NCBI GenBank assembly: GCA_964106915.2
Contig: OZ066921.1
Length of the DNA: 64,000 nt
Reading direction: 5' to 3' (one strand)
Origin: Podarcis gaigeae
Taxonomy: Eukaryota
Shown piece after piece: positions 1 through 12,712 of this stretch. The notes beneath the pieces are model-generated. The model was not told the origin of the DNA. It saw only the letters and a list, made by a program, of their open reading frames with translations, and searched no databases. Positions within the stretch are counted from its first letter, which is position 1, and every line of letters begins with the position of its first letter. A program made the translations under genes and the position numbers.

Positions 1-213
1 AGCCTAGCAGATCATGTGGGATGGCAAAATTATGGGGCAAGGACTTGCTTTTCTTCACCTCTAAATAAAGTGATAAGTGAGAGTGAGTCCAAAATTCTGC
101 ACATATTTTTATTTGTTTTGTGGTGGATGCCGGATTCGGCATATATATTGAACTGGAGTGTTTTGCAATTCCAGCTGCAAAACCTCCCACTGAAGACACA
201 TTTTTCACAACTA

Positions 214-454
214 CAGTGGTACCTCTCGTTACAAACTTAATTCGTTCTGGAGGTCCATTCTTAACCTGAAACTGTTCTTAACTAGAGGTGTGCTTTCGCT
301 AATGGGGCCTCTTGCTGCCGCTGTGTCGCCGGCACACGATTTCTGTTCTCATCCTGGGGCAAAGTTCTCAACTCGAGGTAACTCTCCCAGGTTAGCAGAG
401 TTTGTAACCTGAAGCATTTGTAACCTGAGGTGTTTGTAACTAGAGGTACCACTG
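214..454. mobile_element. Tc1/mariner (Tigger/pogo-like) MITE
   Basis: 23-bp TIRs CAGTGGTACCTCT(C/A)GTTACAAAC (1 mismatch) flanked by TA at 212-213 and 455-456. Confidence 0.9.
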
Positions 455-2827
455 TACCAGGGATCTCTAGAGAGCAAATAAATTTGCTTTTCGTTAGGGT
501 GGAGTCATATTTGGCCCCTAACCAGTTGGCCAAGCCCAAAACAGACAATACAGCAGGGAAAGTGCAAGGTTAATGATCACATTTATTTTAATGATGATAG
601 TGATATACTAGCAATCTCAGTTTCCACCATACACACAGAAGGGCAAGATTTACAGGCATGGGGTAAACCACTACAGAAGTACAAAAGAACTTTAGAGGGG
701 GAATTAAAGGAAAACAGCTCCCTCAAATAGCAGCCAATGAAGAATGAGCATGCTCAGCTGAGGGGAGGGAAGAGAAAACTAGGGAAGTGGAAGGAGAATA
801 AAATGCATTCTCTGAAATCCAGAACAGAGCAAGATATTCCACAGTTGGGAGGCCACTGCTGAAAAGGCCCTGTTTCTTATACTTGCCATCTGCTCTCACT
901 TAATGATATAATGGAAAGTGATCACAAGGGTCAGCCAAGGGTTCTCAAACATTTTTTCTCTGGGCCACACTTGGAGAATAAAAATTTGCTCATGTCACAC
1001 TAAATTTTTAATTGATAAGAAATACACTGGAAAACAAAAAGAAACAACTCCCAACAGTGCTTGATTTATAAGAGACACACAACTATTTTATAATATATGA
1101 TCACAGTACCCTCAGGAAGTAGAGAACAATGCAGCTGCATAAGAACATGAAGCGTTCCCAAAATATAATATTGGTTTTCCTTGAATCTTCCTGCCACACT
1201 TGCCATCTTCTGCTGCCATACCAGTGTGGTGTGCCACACCCATTGAGAACCACTGCCCTAAGCTTAAGTCCAGGTGCACACATATAACCTTTTATGGGTT
1301 TATCTACAAAATGTGAACATGTGAAGTGGTCAGCAGCTGGGGGAGTGGAAGAGGAACAGCTCCCGGAATTATGGGGAATGGGGAGCCATGGCTGTTTAAA
1401 GTGGTGGTATGGTGCCTTAAATGTGTGGTGTGAACATGGGCACAAGAGCAGGAAGAGTCTTGCAGAATTAGGTTTAGCATCCAATTGCTGTTGAATCCTG
1501 ACTGCTCCTTCTAATCCACATCATTGAGTTGGATCTACTGTTTAAACAGCAGCACCTGCATGGGAGCCAGCCTGAGCAAACAGAAAGCCAAATTTTGGAG
1601 GGGGCGGCGGCTGTTGTTGTTTTTTGTGGGGTTTTGCTTTTCATGCTTTGGTTTCAAAAGCCTCCCATTCACCTCTTAGGGCCCTTGATCTCAAGGCTGG
1701 AAAAGGAGTTTATTATGCCAGCTTCTCCAGATGAGTCCATAATGGAGGCTCAAGAGGCCTCAAGCCACTACCCTCTTCTCCCCACCCCAGGGTTGTGTTT
1801 ACATTGATTAATTAACACGTCCCTGCAGTATTTGGCTAGAGCTGGCATTGAAGAGGAGGGAGATGAGAAAGAGAGGCTTCCTCTCTCTCCATCCCCCATG
1901 CGCACGCAGACACACACACACACATGACCATGTTCAACTCAGAGCAAGCATTGGAGTTCATTGGGGACATACAAGGGTAAATACCAAAATGGGGAACTGT
2001 GAGGAGGAGGCACAAAGAGAATAATCGGATTTAAAAGGACCTAATAAACCCCAAGAAGCCCAGCTCAGCCAAGATCAACAAGCTAATATTGACAAAGAAA
2101 GAGAATGTAGATGCCCAAAAGGGCATTCGCCACACAAACACACACACCTACTGTCTCCATCAATACTTTCTGGCTGTGGCTTTTTGGTGATTGAATGCAT
2201 TTGTAGGAGTTGTTGGGGGGGGGGCGGTTCTGGGACTAGGGGTGAGCTGATCACTAAGCAGCTTTCTCTGCTCCCAGTGAGCTCCTGGTTCACCCAGGCC
2301 AGAGGCATGGCCCTTGTTCCCATAGGTGAAATTATGGCATTGAACCTGAATGAATTGCACATGTTGTGTGTGTGGTCTGAAGGCACAAAGCACAGAAGAT
2401 TCAGATCTGGTTTGCGCCTAGAGGGAAGGCAGGGCGACCATGTGTCCTACTTTACAGAGGACAGTCCTCCACTGAAGAGCTGTCCAGTCTACATCCAGTT
2501 TAGATAGCAAGAACCAGAGGAAAGGGTGAACAGGGTTGCACAGCAACAGTTAGCACCTGGGCAGCAGATGGAGGAGCAGCCTTACAGGTCACACCCTATC
2601 CATGGCAGACGTGGGAAACTTTTGGCTCTCCAGCTGTTGCTGAACTACAACCCCCATCAGCCACATTTGCTGGGGATGATGGGAGCTGTGGTTCAGCAAC
2701 ATCTGGAGGGCCAAGGCTTCTCCACACTTGAGCTATGGTCTTCTCCACTAAAGTATATTTCTGTTTAAACCACGGATAGGGAACCTGTGGCTCTCCAGAT
2801 GTCATGGAACTCCAACTCCCTTCAGTC

Positions 2828-3002
2828 CAGTGGCGTAGCGTGGGTTGTCAGCACCCGGGGCAAGGCAAGTAATTTGCACCCCCTAACCCATGCTAGGCTA
2901 CTCTGCCAGGTAGGGGCAGAGAGCTCTGAGTGCGAGCACGCGCCCCCCAGATGTTGCGCCCGGTGCGGCCAGCCCCCCTGCACCCCCCACGCTATGCCAC
3001 TG
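2828..3002. mobile_element. hAT MITE nested in an older palindromic MITE
   Basis: TIRs CAGTGGCGTAGCGTGGG / CCCACGCTATGCCACTG; perfect 8-bp TSD CTTCAGTC (2820-2827, 3003-3010). Confidence 0.9.
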
Positions 3003-5384
3003 CTTCAGTCCCAGTTAACATGGACCCCAAATGGTCAGGGATGATGGGAATTGAAACCCAACAACATCTGCAGAGCAACAGGTTCTCCACCTGATTTAAA
3101 TTGTAGCAATTATTTATAAAGTTAAATAAAAATCCATTAAATATTACATAGACATTTTTAAAAGGAAGTTGTAGGGAGCTTCTGGTGCCTAATGAAGTCA
3201 TTCTAATTACAGCAAGCATTTTAACTGAAGTTTGAGTTCGTAGTTTTAACTGACTAATGATGGTGATGATAAATGATTATATTGTATCTTCGTAAACCAC
3301 TTAGAGACTATTGTAGTTTACCAGTATGTAACTTGTTAAAATAAATAAAACTATAAATCACCTTCAGGGTCAACAATCAAAAAGTTTGATCTGAAAGTTG
3401 TTTTCAGAGGCTTCCATTTACTAACAGTTATACAATGATTTTTAAATAAAAATCTTTTTTTAGAACAAACTTCAGTCTAATTGGTGGAGGGCGTTGGGGG
3501 TATTTCTTCCTCTCTCTCTTTCTGTCTTCCAGGAAAAAAAATAAGTTTATAACTCTAAAGTTTAAAATAAAGAAAGGCAGTAGAAAAGAGGTGAGGAAAG
3601 ACAACCTTCAAGGCCTTGTTTTTCCAAATCAGAGAAATCATGGAACAGTAAGGAGAAAATTCTATTCCAGGGAATGTTAAGTGTGTGGTGGGGTGTGCGG
3701 ATATGCTTCCTTTGAAGTACTGAAGCTATTAGCCAAATTCTCTTATGGGCAAACTTCTGAGGGCTGCATGCTAGTGATGGGTGGAGCCATAGCCAAAAGT
3801 GGGTGGAGCCATCATTTTCAGTTTTACCTTCGTAGAGTAGGCTGATTTCTAAACATATGTACCTCTCTGTCCTCCACTCAGACTTTGCCTGCAATGCAAT
3901 GCAGGGCGGACAAGGAGTGTGGGAATGTTAAGGTAGGTCAGAGAGGATATATTGTTTTGATATTATCCCTCCTCACTCACGCTAGTGTGCAAACAGCAGA
4001 GCACATTCCCATTGCAACTTACTGGAAGCAAGTTGATGATTTGTTAGAATCCTTTAATTAAGCATTCCAGTCTGACTTACTCCTGGTAAGTTTCCCCTTT
4101 TTTTGCCCTCTTAAAATAATAACAACACAACATGGTCTTCTTAAAAAGTAAGAATGAAGTTTTACTCACATTCAGTTCACAGCAGTAACCTGAAGGCAGG
4201 TTTTATCTTGTGGTTACAGGGGAAAGTAGTCTGAGCTACATCTCAGACTTTCTGTTTGTGGGCTCCATCCTATGAGAAGGTTGAGCCATGCGCTGGCTAA
4301 GAGCCAGGAGAGCAACAGTCCAAGAGTAAGAATCCAAGAGACCAAGAGAGAGATGATTGTGTGACCTGCCCTTTCATCTGGTCAACTAGGGTCACCCCAT
4401 CTACCTGGTCACACACAGGGAGAGGAAGCTCCAGAGCAGGTATGACAGAAAAGTGCTCCCTGCCTGGAGCCACATTCCCCTGTATGTCCATTCTAGGCAA
4501 CAGGAAAATGTTGTACTTGTCTGCTCTAGTAATAATACATGCCACAAGGAGTGAAGCCTGGGGAGAAGTCTGAGGGCCAGGTGGGCCTCATTTGGCCCCT
4601 AGTCCAGAGTTTCCCCATCCCTGCCCCACTATGACAGGCGAGAAAAGGGGGCAAGAAACAGAATAGGCAGAATGCCCAAAGAGATCATCTTTTTGGGCCT
4701 TCTGTATAAAAATATGTCCTTCAAAACAAATGTTTTAGTCATATATGCAGATTTAATTGTTGCTCACTTTAGTCATCTATGCAGATTTAATTATTGCACT
4801 GTCCTTCATTTACCCAACTTTTAATATATTGTTTACTTTATTGAACTGAATTTGCAGGCCGTATCGCAACACTGATGCATGATTTATCGCTGTCACATAA
4901 GACAATGCATTCATGCCCACGGATCTGATCACAAGCTCTAACATGCCATATGTTGAATGGGTACAGATGTAGTACCTTTTATTAGGTACACAGGGAGCCA
5001 CCCTGGATTATATAGTCATCACATTGGCCATATCTAGCTCTGCTGCCAGCACAGCTGCTCTCCAGGATTCCAGGCAGGAATCTTTCCCAACCTTACCTGG
5101 GGATGCCAGAGGTTGAAGCTGAAACATTTGCATGGGAAGCCTCCCACAATGCTAAGGTCCTTCCCAATAATGTGTTTCCAAAAGACAAAAATACAAATTA
5201 AAAAGAAGGCTTTGCAATGATAGCAAAACATCAGAGATGCCAGCATCATCCTGGCCTGTTTATTTCAACAGTTGAGTACAGAGTGAGCTAAGATAGATAG
5301 ATAGCCCTCCCCACAAAGTCCGGCACTCCAGGCAGTCACCTGATTTGCCTGAGAAGATAAACCACAGGCTATAACCTTTAGGGC

Positions 5385-5655
5385 AGGAAGGAAAAAGGAA
5401 CCTTTTTTTCAATCTGAGGGCCACGATCCCTCATTGGCAACCGTCATACACCACTTTATCATCCATCCAGGCAAGCCAGAGGCATTATCACGTTCAAGGG
5501 CACATTCCAGGCAGGCTAAAGCACTGGAGAAGCAAGGTCTGTGAGGGGTGTGGCCTAGGGGAAAGAGGTGTGGTCTGAGGAGAGTCCCAGAGCCAGATAG
5601 AGAGGCCTGGAGGGCCAGGCTGAATTTGATCTTTGGGCCTGAATTTCCCCTGCTT
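5385..5655 (+). mobile_element. hAT-type non-autonomous element (related fragments near 3755-3810, 4555-4622, 50620-51352, 63566-63650)
   Basis: Shared segments (aaccttttt...tgagggccac; ggagagtcc..gccagatagagaggcctggagggcc) recur in the window; boundaries approximate. Confidence 0.55.
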
Positions 5656-6499
5656 CCAAGGTATCCCAGACCTGAAGGAATTTGGTTTGAATACAGGCTA
5701 CACTTCCCTTCAAAATCTAACTTATTTAAAGCCTCAATGATAAGCGCATGATTTGAGATGAGACCTCAGGAACCACACGGAACTTCAGTATACTTTGGTA
5801 TTTTTTGTAAAAGAATCACCAGTGTGACAGGCAGTGCTGGTTGCCCAGTGAGCTGTTCATTGTGAGATGAGTCTAGAGGCTGCTTATGTTTATTAGATTT
5901 TAAGAAGCACTGGTCCTTATATTAAGAAGCATTATGGCAATATTGTGGGATATGGGAGTGTTAAGAACCAGCAGCAATATTAATTGCAATAGGGGAAAAT
6001 AAAACACACAGAACTTAAAGATGCTTCGGACATCTGTACATTTTTCTTGTAACTTGCTTTTTCTCTGTGCAGGTACTTTGCCTTCCCTTCTTTTCTCTCT
6101 CCGCTCCCGCCCCCTCCCCTAAATGGCTTAGAAAGCACTTAAGACTCCTGGAGCCGCTGTTGGCGAGTGTTTCCAGATTAACTAATTTCACTTCGATCCT
6201 ATTAAAATGGAGGCTTTATAACCTTCAATTGAACTCCCCACCTCCAAAAGAAAATCCTTTTGCCTTCACATTTAATGACAGAGAGCGCTTGCTCTCTCTT
6301 TCCAGAAGGCTATCACACCATCTGGATCCAGTCTCTGCTGTCCTTATGTTTTGCAAGATCTAAGGCGTGCTCGTGAAAGTATAATAGTATGTCTTCTTCC
6401 ACAAAGGAAGAAGGGAGCAGGAGTTAGCTCACCTCAGATCTAATTGTTTATAATGTGAGGGTTTCACTTTGGAATATGCAATGGGGTAACAGGCATGGC

Positions 6500-6856
6500 G
6501 GGACGCAGGTGGCGCTGTGGGTTAAAGCCTCAGCGCCTAGGGCTTGCCGATCGAAAGGTCGGCGGTTCGAATCCCTGCGGCGGGGTGCGCTCCCACTGCT
6601 CGGTCCCAGCGCCTGCCAACCTAGCAGTTCGAAAGCACCCCCGGGTGCAAGTAGATAAATAGGGACTGCTTACCAGCGGGAAGGTAAACAGCGTTTCCGT
6701 GTGTGGCTCTGGCTCGCCAGAGCAGCGATGTCACGCTGGCCACGTGACCCGGAAGTGTCTCCGGACAGCGCTGGCCCCTGGCCTCTTGAGTGAGATGGGC
6801 GCACAAGCCCAGAGTCTGTCAAGACTGGCCCGTACGGGCAGGGGTACCTTTACCTT
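6500..6856 (+). mobile_element. Sauria SINE (Squam1-type), full length
   Basis: tRNA-like head with A/B boxes (GGTGGCGCTGTGG; GGTTCGAATCC), (ACCTTT)n tail, 13-bp TSD TAACAGGCATGGC (6487-6499, 6857-6869). Confidence 0.92.
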
Positions 6857-8131
6857 TAACAGGCATGGCAGGGCTCCTGAGAATGCACAAAGGGCCTTTT
6901 CCTCACCACCAAGGAGGTACAAGCCTAGTTCTCATTGTGGTGATCTGCTCGTTCTGAGGCGTTCCACTTTGGACTACAGCTCATATGATATAATGCTACA
7001 CACACAAGTAAACATTCCTATCAGGTGTGTCACACATTTAAAGAAAACTTAATCCATTGATCAAAGGAGCTTTCACCAACTGAGCAATAACTACATCTGC
7101 ATATATGACTAAAACAATTGTTTTGATGTAAATATTGTTGTACAGAAGACTATGTTGTCATATGAGCATTCAAAATGTAATAAGGCCTCTTAGTTATAAC
7201 TGGGCCAGAGTTTGTGCAGAGAAAGCAGAAATCACCAGCATTTGGGGGGCATGCAGGCACATTTACAAATGGGAAAGGCTGTTGTGCACACACACCACAA
7301 CTAAGCGCACACTGCTATCAAAGCTATTGGCAACAATAGGATGCTTTTTTCAAGTCTCATTTCAGCAGGGAGAAGGCATTCCACAGGCACCAGGGAAAAT
7401 CTCTGTGGGCCCCATGTTAAGAACCCCTTGAGAAAATGTGGCTTCCATGGTGGAAAGGGGGGCAGAACTGAACTGAACATTCTTCAGGATGCTTCCTTGA
7501 TTTGACTATAGTGAAAGATATGGCAACAGGACCCTCTGAAGTCCCAGGATTTAAGTCTGAGAACTCCTCTGCTATGATGAATATAAACAAGAGAGACTGG
7601 AGTTCAAATCCCTCCCTATCACCACTCCAAATTATATTGTTTTGATATTTGATAAATTTAGATGCGGCGTACAGAGTGGGGTGGGGGAGATTCTCTAGTG
7701 AATGATATCAAGGCAGGGTACACCAATCAAAGCAACAAATAAAAAAACAACACATTGGGAGTGGATTTTCTTTATTTTCCTCCCCCACCCCACTTTCACT
7801 TTCTTTAGGTTTCTCCTTTCTTCCTTGTCCTTTACTTCCTTCTAAGAAGACTAAGTAGCTGTTTTATCTCAGTGTGAAGATACTTTGTAATGGGTATGTA
7901 TTTTCTATATCTTTGAAGTATGTGTATGTGTTGGGAGGGCGGAGTGGGTAACAATAATAAAGAATCTTAAAACACAAGTGACAGTAATTATAAATTTAAC
8001 AATGAGAGGAACAATTACTAAGCACTAGAGTAAATCACCAGGTTTTAAACTGGTGCTGAAATAAAAACAAGGTTGGCTTCAAGTAAATATCAGTTTGAGG
8101 GCATTCCACTATCTGGGTGCCACTACAAAGA

Positions 8132-8133
<2 letters not shown>

Positions 8134-8164
<31 letters not shown>
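8134..8164. repeat. (CA)n microsatellite
   Basis: Direct read. Confidence 0.95.
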
Positions 8165-8166
<2 letters not shown>

Positions 8167-10172
8167 TCTAAAGACAGTTCACCATGGCAGGCCCCCTCTG
8201 CCCTCTTACAATTTGAGCAATAATCCCTACTCATCAAGTTCATAGGGCAATTCATTCATTCATATGGTTTTGAATACTTGCATTCCACTTTATAGCTCCA
8301 GGAGGTTTTCAAAAGTCATTTACAAAAGGTTATCAGACTCAAATCTACTGCAAATCTTCCATCAAGGTGGTGTAGATCAGGTGGTCTCCCATCCAAGCAC
8401 TGACTAGATCTGGACCTGCTTCAATTCAACAAGGTGGTAGATTCAAATACCTTTAATGTGGTTTCTATATGGACTCATTTGGGACCTAGGAACTGGTTAT
8501 AACAACAGTGGAAGAGCAAATCTCTCCCTCCACCTCAATTTATTGTCTAGACTCTTAAGTAAACTGGAGTTTATAGGAAGGCCCTTTATTATTGTTGTTA
8601 GTAACTACCAACTCCCCGCTCTTTACCAGGGGACCCTTGCAGATTTTATAAAAACGAAGAGGAGGAGAAAAAGAAATCAACTGCAAAGAAGCAGTAGACA
8701 CAACAACCACAAACGTTTTCAGCGACGCCTGGGTCCTAATCGCTCGCAAATGAAGCAAAACCGTATTTGTTGGGGAATGTTGATCTCCGGTGGAAAGAGA
8801 TCGGCAGCGCCCCCTTAGCCAGGAAAGGGGGACCGTCTCGCTTTGTGCTGGCTGTCCCGGATCAGACGTGACCGCAATTAAGGAATCGTTGATCAAGAAG
8901 GCGAGCGCCAGATTGATCCCATATGGGATAAAGGAATGCGGAGAGCGCTATCTCTTCGGTAGCTTCGAGAAGGTCGGCGGGGCCCGGTTTTTGTTGTTGT
9001 TGTTGTTTGTTTGTTTTGAGAAGGAAGGCTCGAGCAGAAGCTAGCAATTGGGGAGGTGTTAAATGACACCCCCCCCGTCCCGACCTTCCTTTTCTTTTAA
9101 TTACCTATTGCTTGGGATGGCTTAATTAACACCTTTTAGCTTCACGTCGCTTTGGGGCGTTTACAGGGTGGATCAGGAAGCTGTGTTCCTCCCCTCAAAG
9201 TTGTCAGAGTCCATCTCTTATAGCCCGCTCCAAGCCAGCATGACCAATGGTCTCAGAGGTGATGGAAGCTGCTGGAGGCCGACAGGAGGCCCGCGGTCTG
9301 GTTCAAAGCAAATTCCTCTTTTCCTCCATTTTTTTTAAGGGGGAGCATGAACTTTTCCTTACTTACATATATAGTCCGCCTTTCCTCCCAGGAGCGCAAG
9401 GAGACCTACACGGTTCTTCTCTGCTATGTTATTCTCACAACAACCCTGTGAAGTAGGCTACCGCTGTGAGATAGGGACTGGAGCCAAGGACACGCCCACT
9501 GAGTGGGGATTTGAACCCTTGTCCTCCAAATGTTTTGGGCCACGGAGCCCATCATTTATGACCATTGGCTGCTGGGACCTGCCGCCCGAAACATCTGGAG
9601 GAGGATCCCACGTCTACTATATCTTGTGATGCAGGAACTCTGCTCAGCTGCCATGCTTGGCGCGCCAGCCCCGTTGCCTGAAACGGGTTTTTACTTCCGA
9701 GTAAACTTGCGTAGGCTGGAGCTGAAAAGCTATCATTCGGTCATTTGCTGGAGAGGAGCAGGGGCATTTGTTTCATAGGAAACGTTCATAGGACATGGCT
9801 GTAAATTAGCGATCTGAGCAGGATCCAAGCAAAGTTCAGTCGCAATTCTTAGGTACAATTGTTAAGAAGTGTGCCCCAGTGAACAAAAATCCAGGTGTGG
9901 AGGCTGCGTTTAAATGATGTTTTGAAAGAGAAGACAGAATGGCTGGGTTTTGTAAAGGGGGAACGAATCCTCCTCCTTCGCCCTGTGAAATAGACTAAAC
10001 CCGCCTGCCACGGATGCTTTGTGGAAAAGCCTCCATATGCAAAAGCAGTATGCCTCTCAACACCAGATGCTGGAGACCATCGCTTCCTTGAGACATCTGG
10101 CTGGACACTGTTGGAGGCTGGACGCTGGAACAGGCGGGCAACGTAATCTAATACTAACGGATCTCTTGACGT

Positions 10173-10361
10173 GTGGGGTGCGAACTTGAATAAAATATTG
10201 TGGGGGACCACGTAAGCCCCGCCCCCATAATCGATCACATGACGCATTGCACACACACTATTTGAATGGCAATGCCCATCAATTTTGTGGAGGCTAGGCC
10301 CCCTCAAATATTTTATTGTGGGGGCCGAAGCCCCCACGGATCCTAGGAGTTGGCTCCTATG
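10173..10361 (+). mobile_element. hAT MITE, copy 1
   Basis: Ends GGGGTGCGAACTT / AGTTGGCTCCTATG; 8-bp TSD CTTGACGT/CTTGATGT. Confidence 0.8.
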
Positions 10362-10446
10362 CTTGATGTTAAAGTGAAAATGAATAGCTCAGTACCCCCC
10401 CCCCGCGAGCTTCTCCCCCGCTCCCTTCCTCAAGTATAGTAAGGGA

Positions 10447-10616
10447 CATAGGAGCCACCTCCTAGGGGCTGAAGTCACTTAGGGTCTCCCCAATAAAACA
10501 TCTGGGGGCGGCCCCCCAAAGTTGATGAGTGTTGCCATTCAAATGGTGTGTGCACACCGTGTCATGTGATCGATTTACCCGGGCCTCCCAATATTTTATT
10601 CAAGTTGGCACCCCTG
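10447..10616 (-). mobile_element. hAT MITE, copy 2 (same family, opposite orientation)
   Basis: CATAGGAGCCA...AAGTTGGCACCCCTG; 6/8 TSD GTAAGGGA/GCAAGGGT. Confidence 0.75.
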
Positions 10617-10669
10617 GCAAGGGTTGCTAAAGTTAGGGCTCTCCCGACTGGGGACCCCAGTTTGAGAAA

Positions 10670-10872
10670 CACTGGGCTAGGACCTGGGAGACTAGAGTTC
10701 AGATCCTTCCCTCGGCTATGAAGTTCAGTGGGTGACCTTGGGTAAACTCTCAGGCTAACTGACCTCACAAGGTTGTTGTGAGGATCATATGGAGGGGCGG
10801 GAGGGAACAATGTACGACACCCTGAGCTCCTTGGAGAAGGAGTGGGATATAAAATGCGATCAAATAAATAAT
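10670..10872 (+). mobile_element. Squam3-like SINE (other partial copies ~9355-9525 (-), 38805-38935 (+), 55915-56105 (+))
   Basis: gggtgaccttggg...ctcag.ctaac..acctcaca.ggttgttgtgaggat...ccttgagctccttggag...gggatataaa plus (TAAA)n tail. Confidence 0.7.
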
Positions 10873-12571
10873 TATGTTAGGATTATGCCAATTCCCTCCC
10901 CTATTTGCCAAATACCCACATTCATCCTTACAGAAAGCAAAACAAAGCAAAAACCCGACAGCTTAAATGTGTGGGGCTTGGGGGGGACGCTTAGGGGAAG
11001 CATCTATAAAAGCTACCACCACCCATCCAAAGGCTCTTTTTAACGGCTGCAGATGCAGACAGGAATCCAACAGGTATATCTTTCATCTCAGCAGGGAGAT
11101 GTTAACTAAGCAATTGGGAAATAATGAGTTCTCTGTGGAAATCCCACCAGCTGTTAAAAGCAGAGGAGCCCTGCGGGAAACAGACCCACAGAGGACAGCA
11201 ACCCCGACAGAAACTGTGCCGCGCGAGGAGGGAGGAGGACGGTAAAGAAAAAGGCTTTTCTCTCTTTGTCCCTCTCTCTCCTCCTCCTTCCAGGGAGGAG
11301 AAGGCCTTAATATTTGAGTAAGTGCTTTAACCCGGATGCCTGCCAGGACTTAGCTCCTCAATAAGAGGAGCAAAACGAGAGTATTTTCGAGCACGCACAG
11401 AATGCACTTCATTCGTGGTCGAATAACCCTGACCTCTCCTCATGTCTAGAACTGGGGTGCGAAAGGTGCGGGACAGGTCCCTGCCCCAGACCCCAGCCCA
11501 GGTATGTAGAAGTAGCAATATAATGGTTACAGTTGTCGAAAACAATTGAAGCCCTTAAAGTGGAGGAATAAAAGTGGCTTCTTATTTAGTCCCGGGATAA
11601 CAGATCAAGAAGCAAAGCTCTTGTCTTTTGACAGATCTCAGACGGAAGACACGTGTGGGCGGGAGCTAGTGGCTCTGCCCGGGCTGGTTTTCCTTTAATT
11701 GGCAGAGCCCGTGGCCGAGAACCGGGGCGGCCTCCTCTTCTCCCCGCCTCAGTGGCTCGCTTCCCTAAAATTTGCAACTTGTGGAAGTTTTCTACAAACG
11801 CTTATTCCGTCAACACGCAGACATGACTCTGCCACCTTTCACGCAAGGCGACCGTTACCTTTGGCCCTCTGGTTGTTGCGGAATTACCACCACCACCCAT
11901 ATCCATCGGTCAGTCTCTCTGAGGTTGATGGGAGTTGTAGTTCAGCAACATCCGGAGAGTCAAAGGCTCCCCGCGTCTGCTTCACACGTCCCATCTTGCC
12001 CCTCCATACACCTTCTCCACGTGCAATTGGGATTGCGGATCTTACCCCTACTGGGATTTCCTTTCTCCCTTTGCTCCCTGTTTCACACATCCTCTAGGTA
12101 CTGACTTGTCCATTCCCTGCGCTCCCCCGTTCATTTTTCACCACTACAATGCTCCCACCTCCTCCTCTCCTCTCCCACCCCACTCTTGCCACAATCAAAG
12201 AGGGGTGTTGGTGTCCCCTTTTGATCTGAGAATGGGGAGAGACAGAAGGGAACTGTAGTTTCGCCGCCCAACCGTTTTTCTTCCACCTTCGCTTCTGCTA
12301 GAAGCGTCCCACCAGGCCCGCTGTCCCTCTCTTCCCCCGGGACCGTGAACCTAGGAAGGGAGAGGAGGGAGGCCGCTCAAAGTCCCAAGCCCTGCACAAC
12401 ACGTGTCTCTTTTCCCTATTAAAAGGCTGTGTTGAATAATGCTGTTTATAAAATTAATCACCACCACCCTTTCTTGAGGAAATCAAGCAGGGAGAGAAAC
12501 GTAGTGGGGAATTTCAGAACCCAGGAGGTTTGTTGCAACCTAGCTGTTCCGGAGATTATCCGGGAGAAGAA

Positions 12572-12712
12572 GGGACCGTGGCTCAGATGGTAGAGCATCT
12601 GCTGCGCATGCAGAAGGTCCCAGGTTCAATCCCCGGCGTCGCCAGGAAGGGGCGGAGGAAAAACTCATTGTCTGAAATCCTGGGAGAACCGCTAGCTACC
12701 TGTCGTCGTTGG
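12572..12712 (+). mobile_element. tRNA-Ala-derived SINE (Squam2-like); other copies ~5005-5165, 29715-29880, 30995-31315, 37240-37415 (all -)
   Basis: 73-nt tRNA-Ala-like head (GCTCAGATGGTAGAGC...GGTTCAATCCC) with a broken acceptor stem, followed by the body shared with the other copies. Confidence 0.75.

Noticed and set aside
490-4300. Possible solo-LTR-like segments at ~490-800 and ~4040-4300
   Set aside because: No clear TG...CA ends or TSD could be read; not supportable without a repeat-library search.
6699-7052. ORFs with similar peptides at 6699 and 49231
   Set aside because: Both are translations of Sauria SINE copies.
12572-12644. Apparent tRNA-Ala(CGC) gene
   Set aside because: Acceptor stem pairs at only 4/7, the invariant U33 is G, and the sequence continues into a SINE body shared with other copies.
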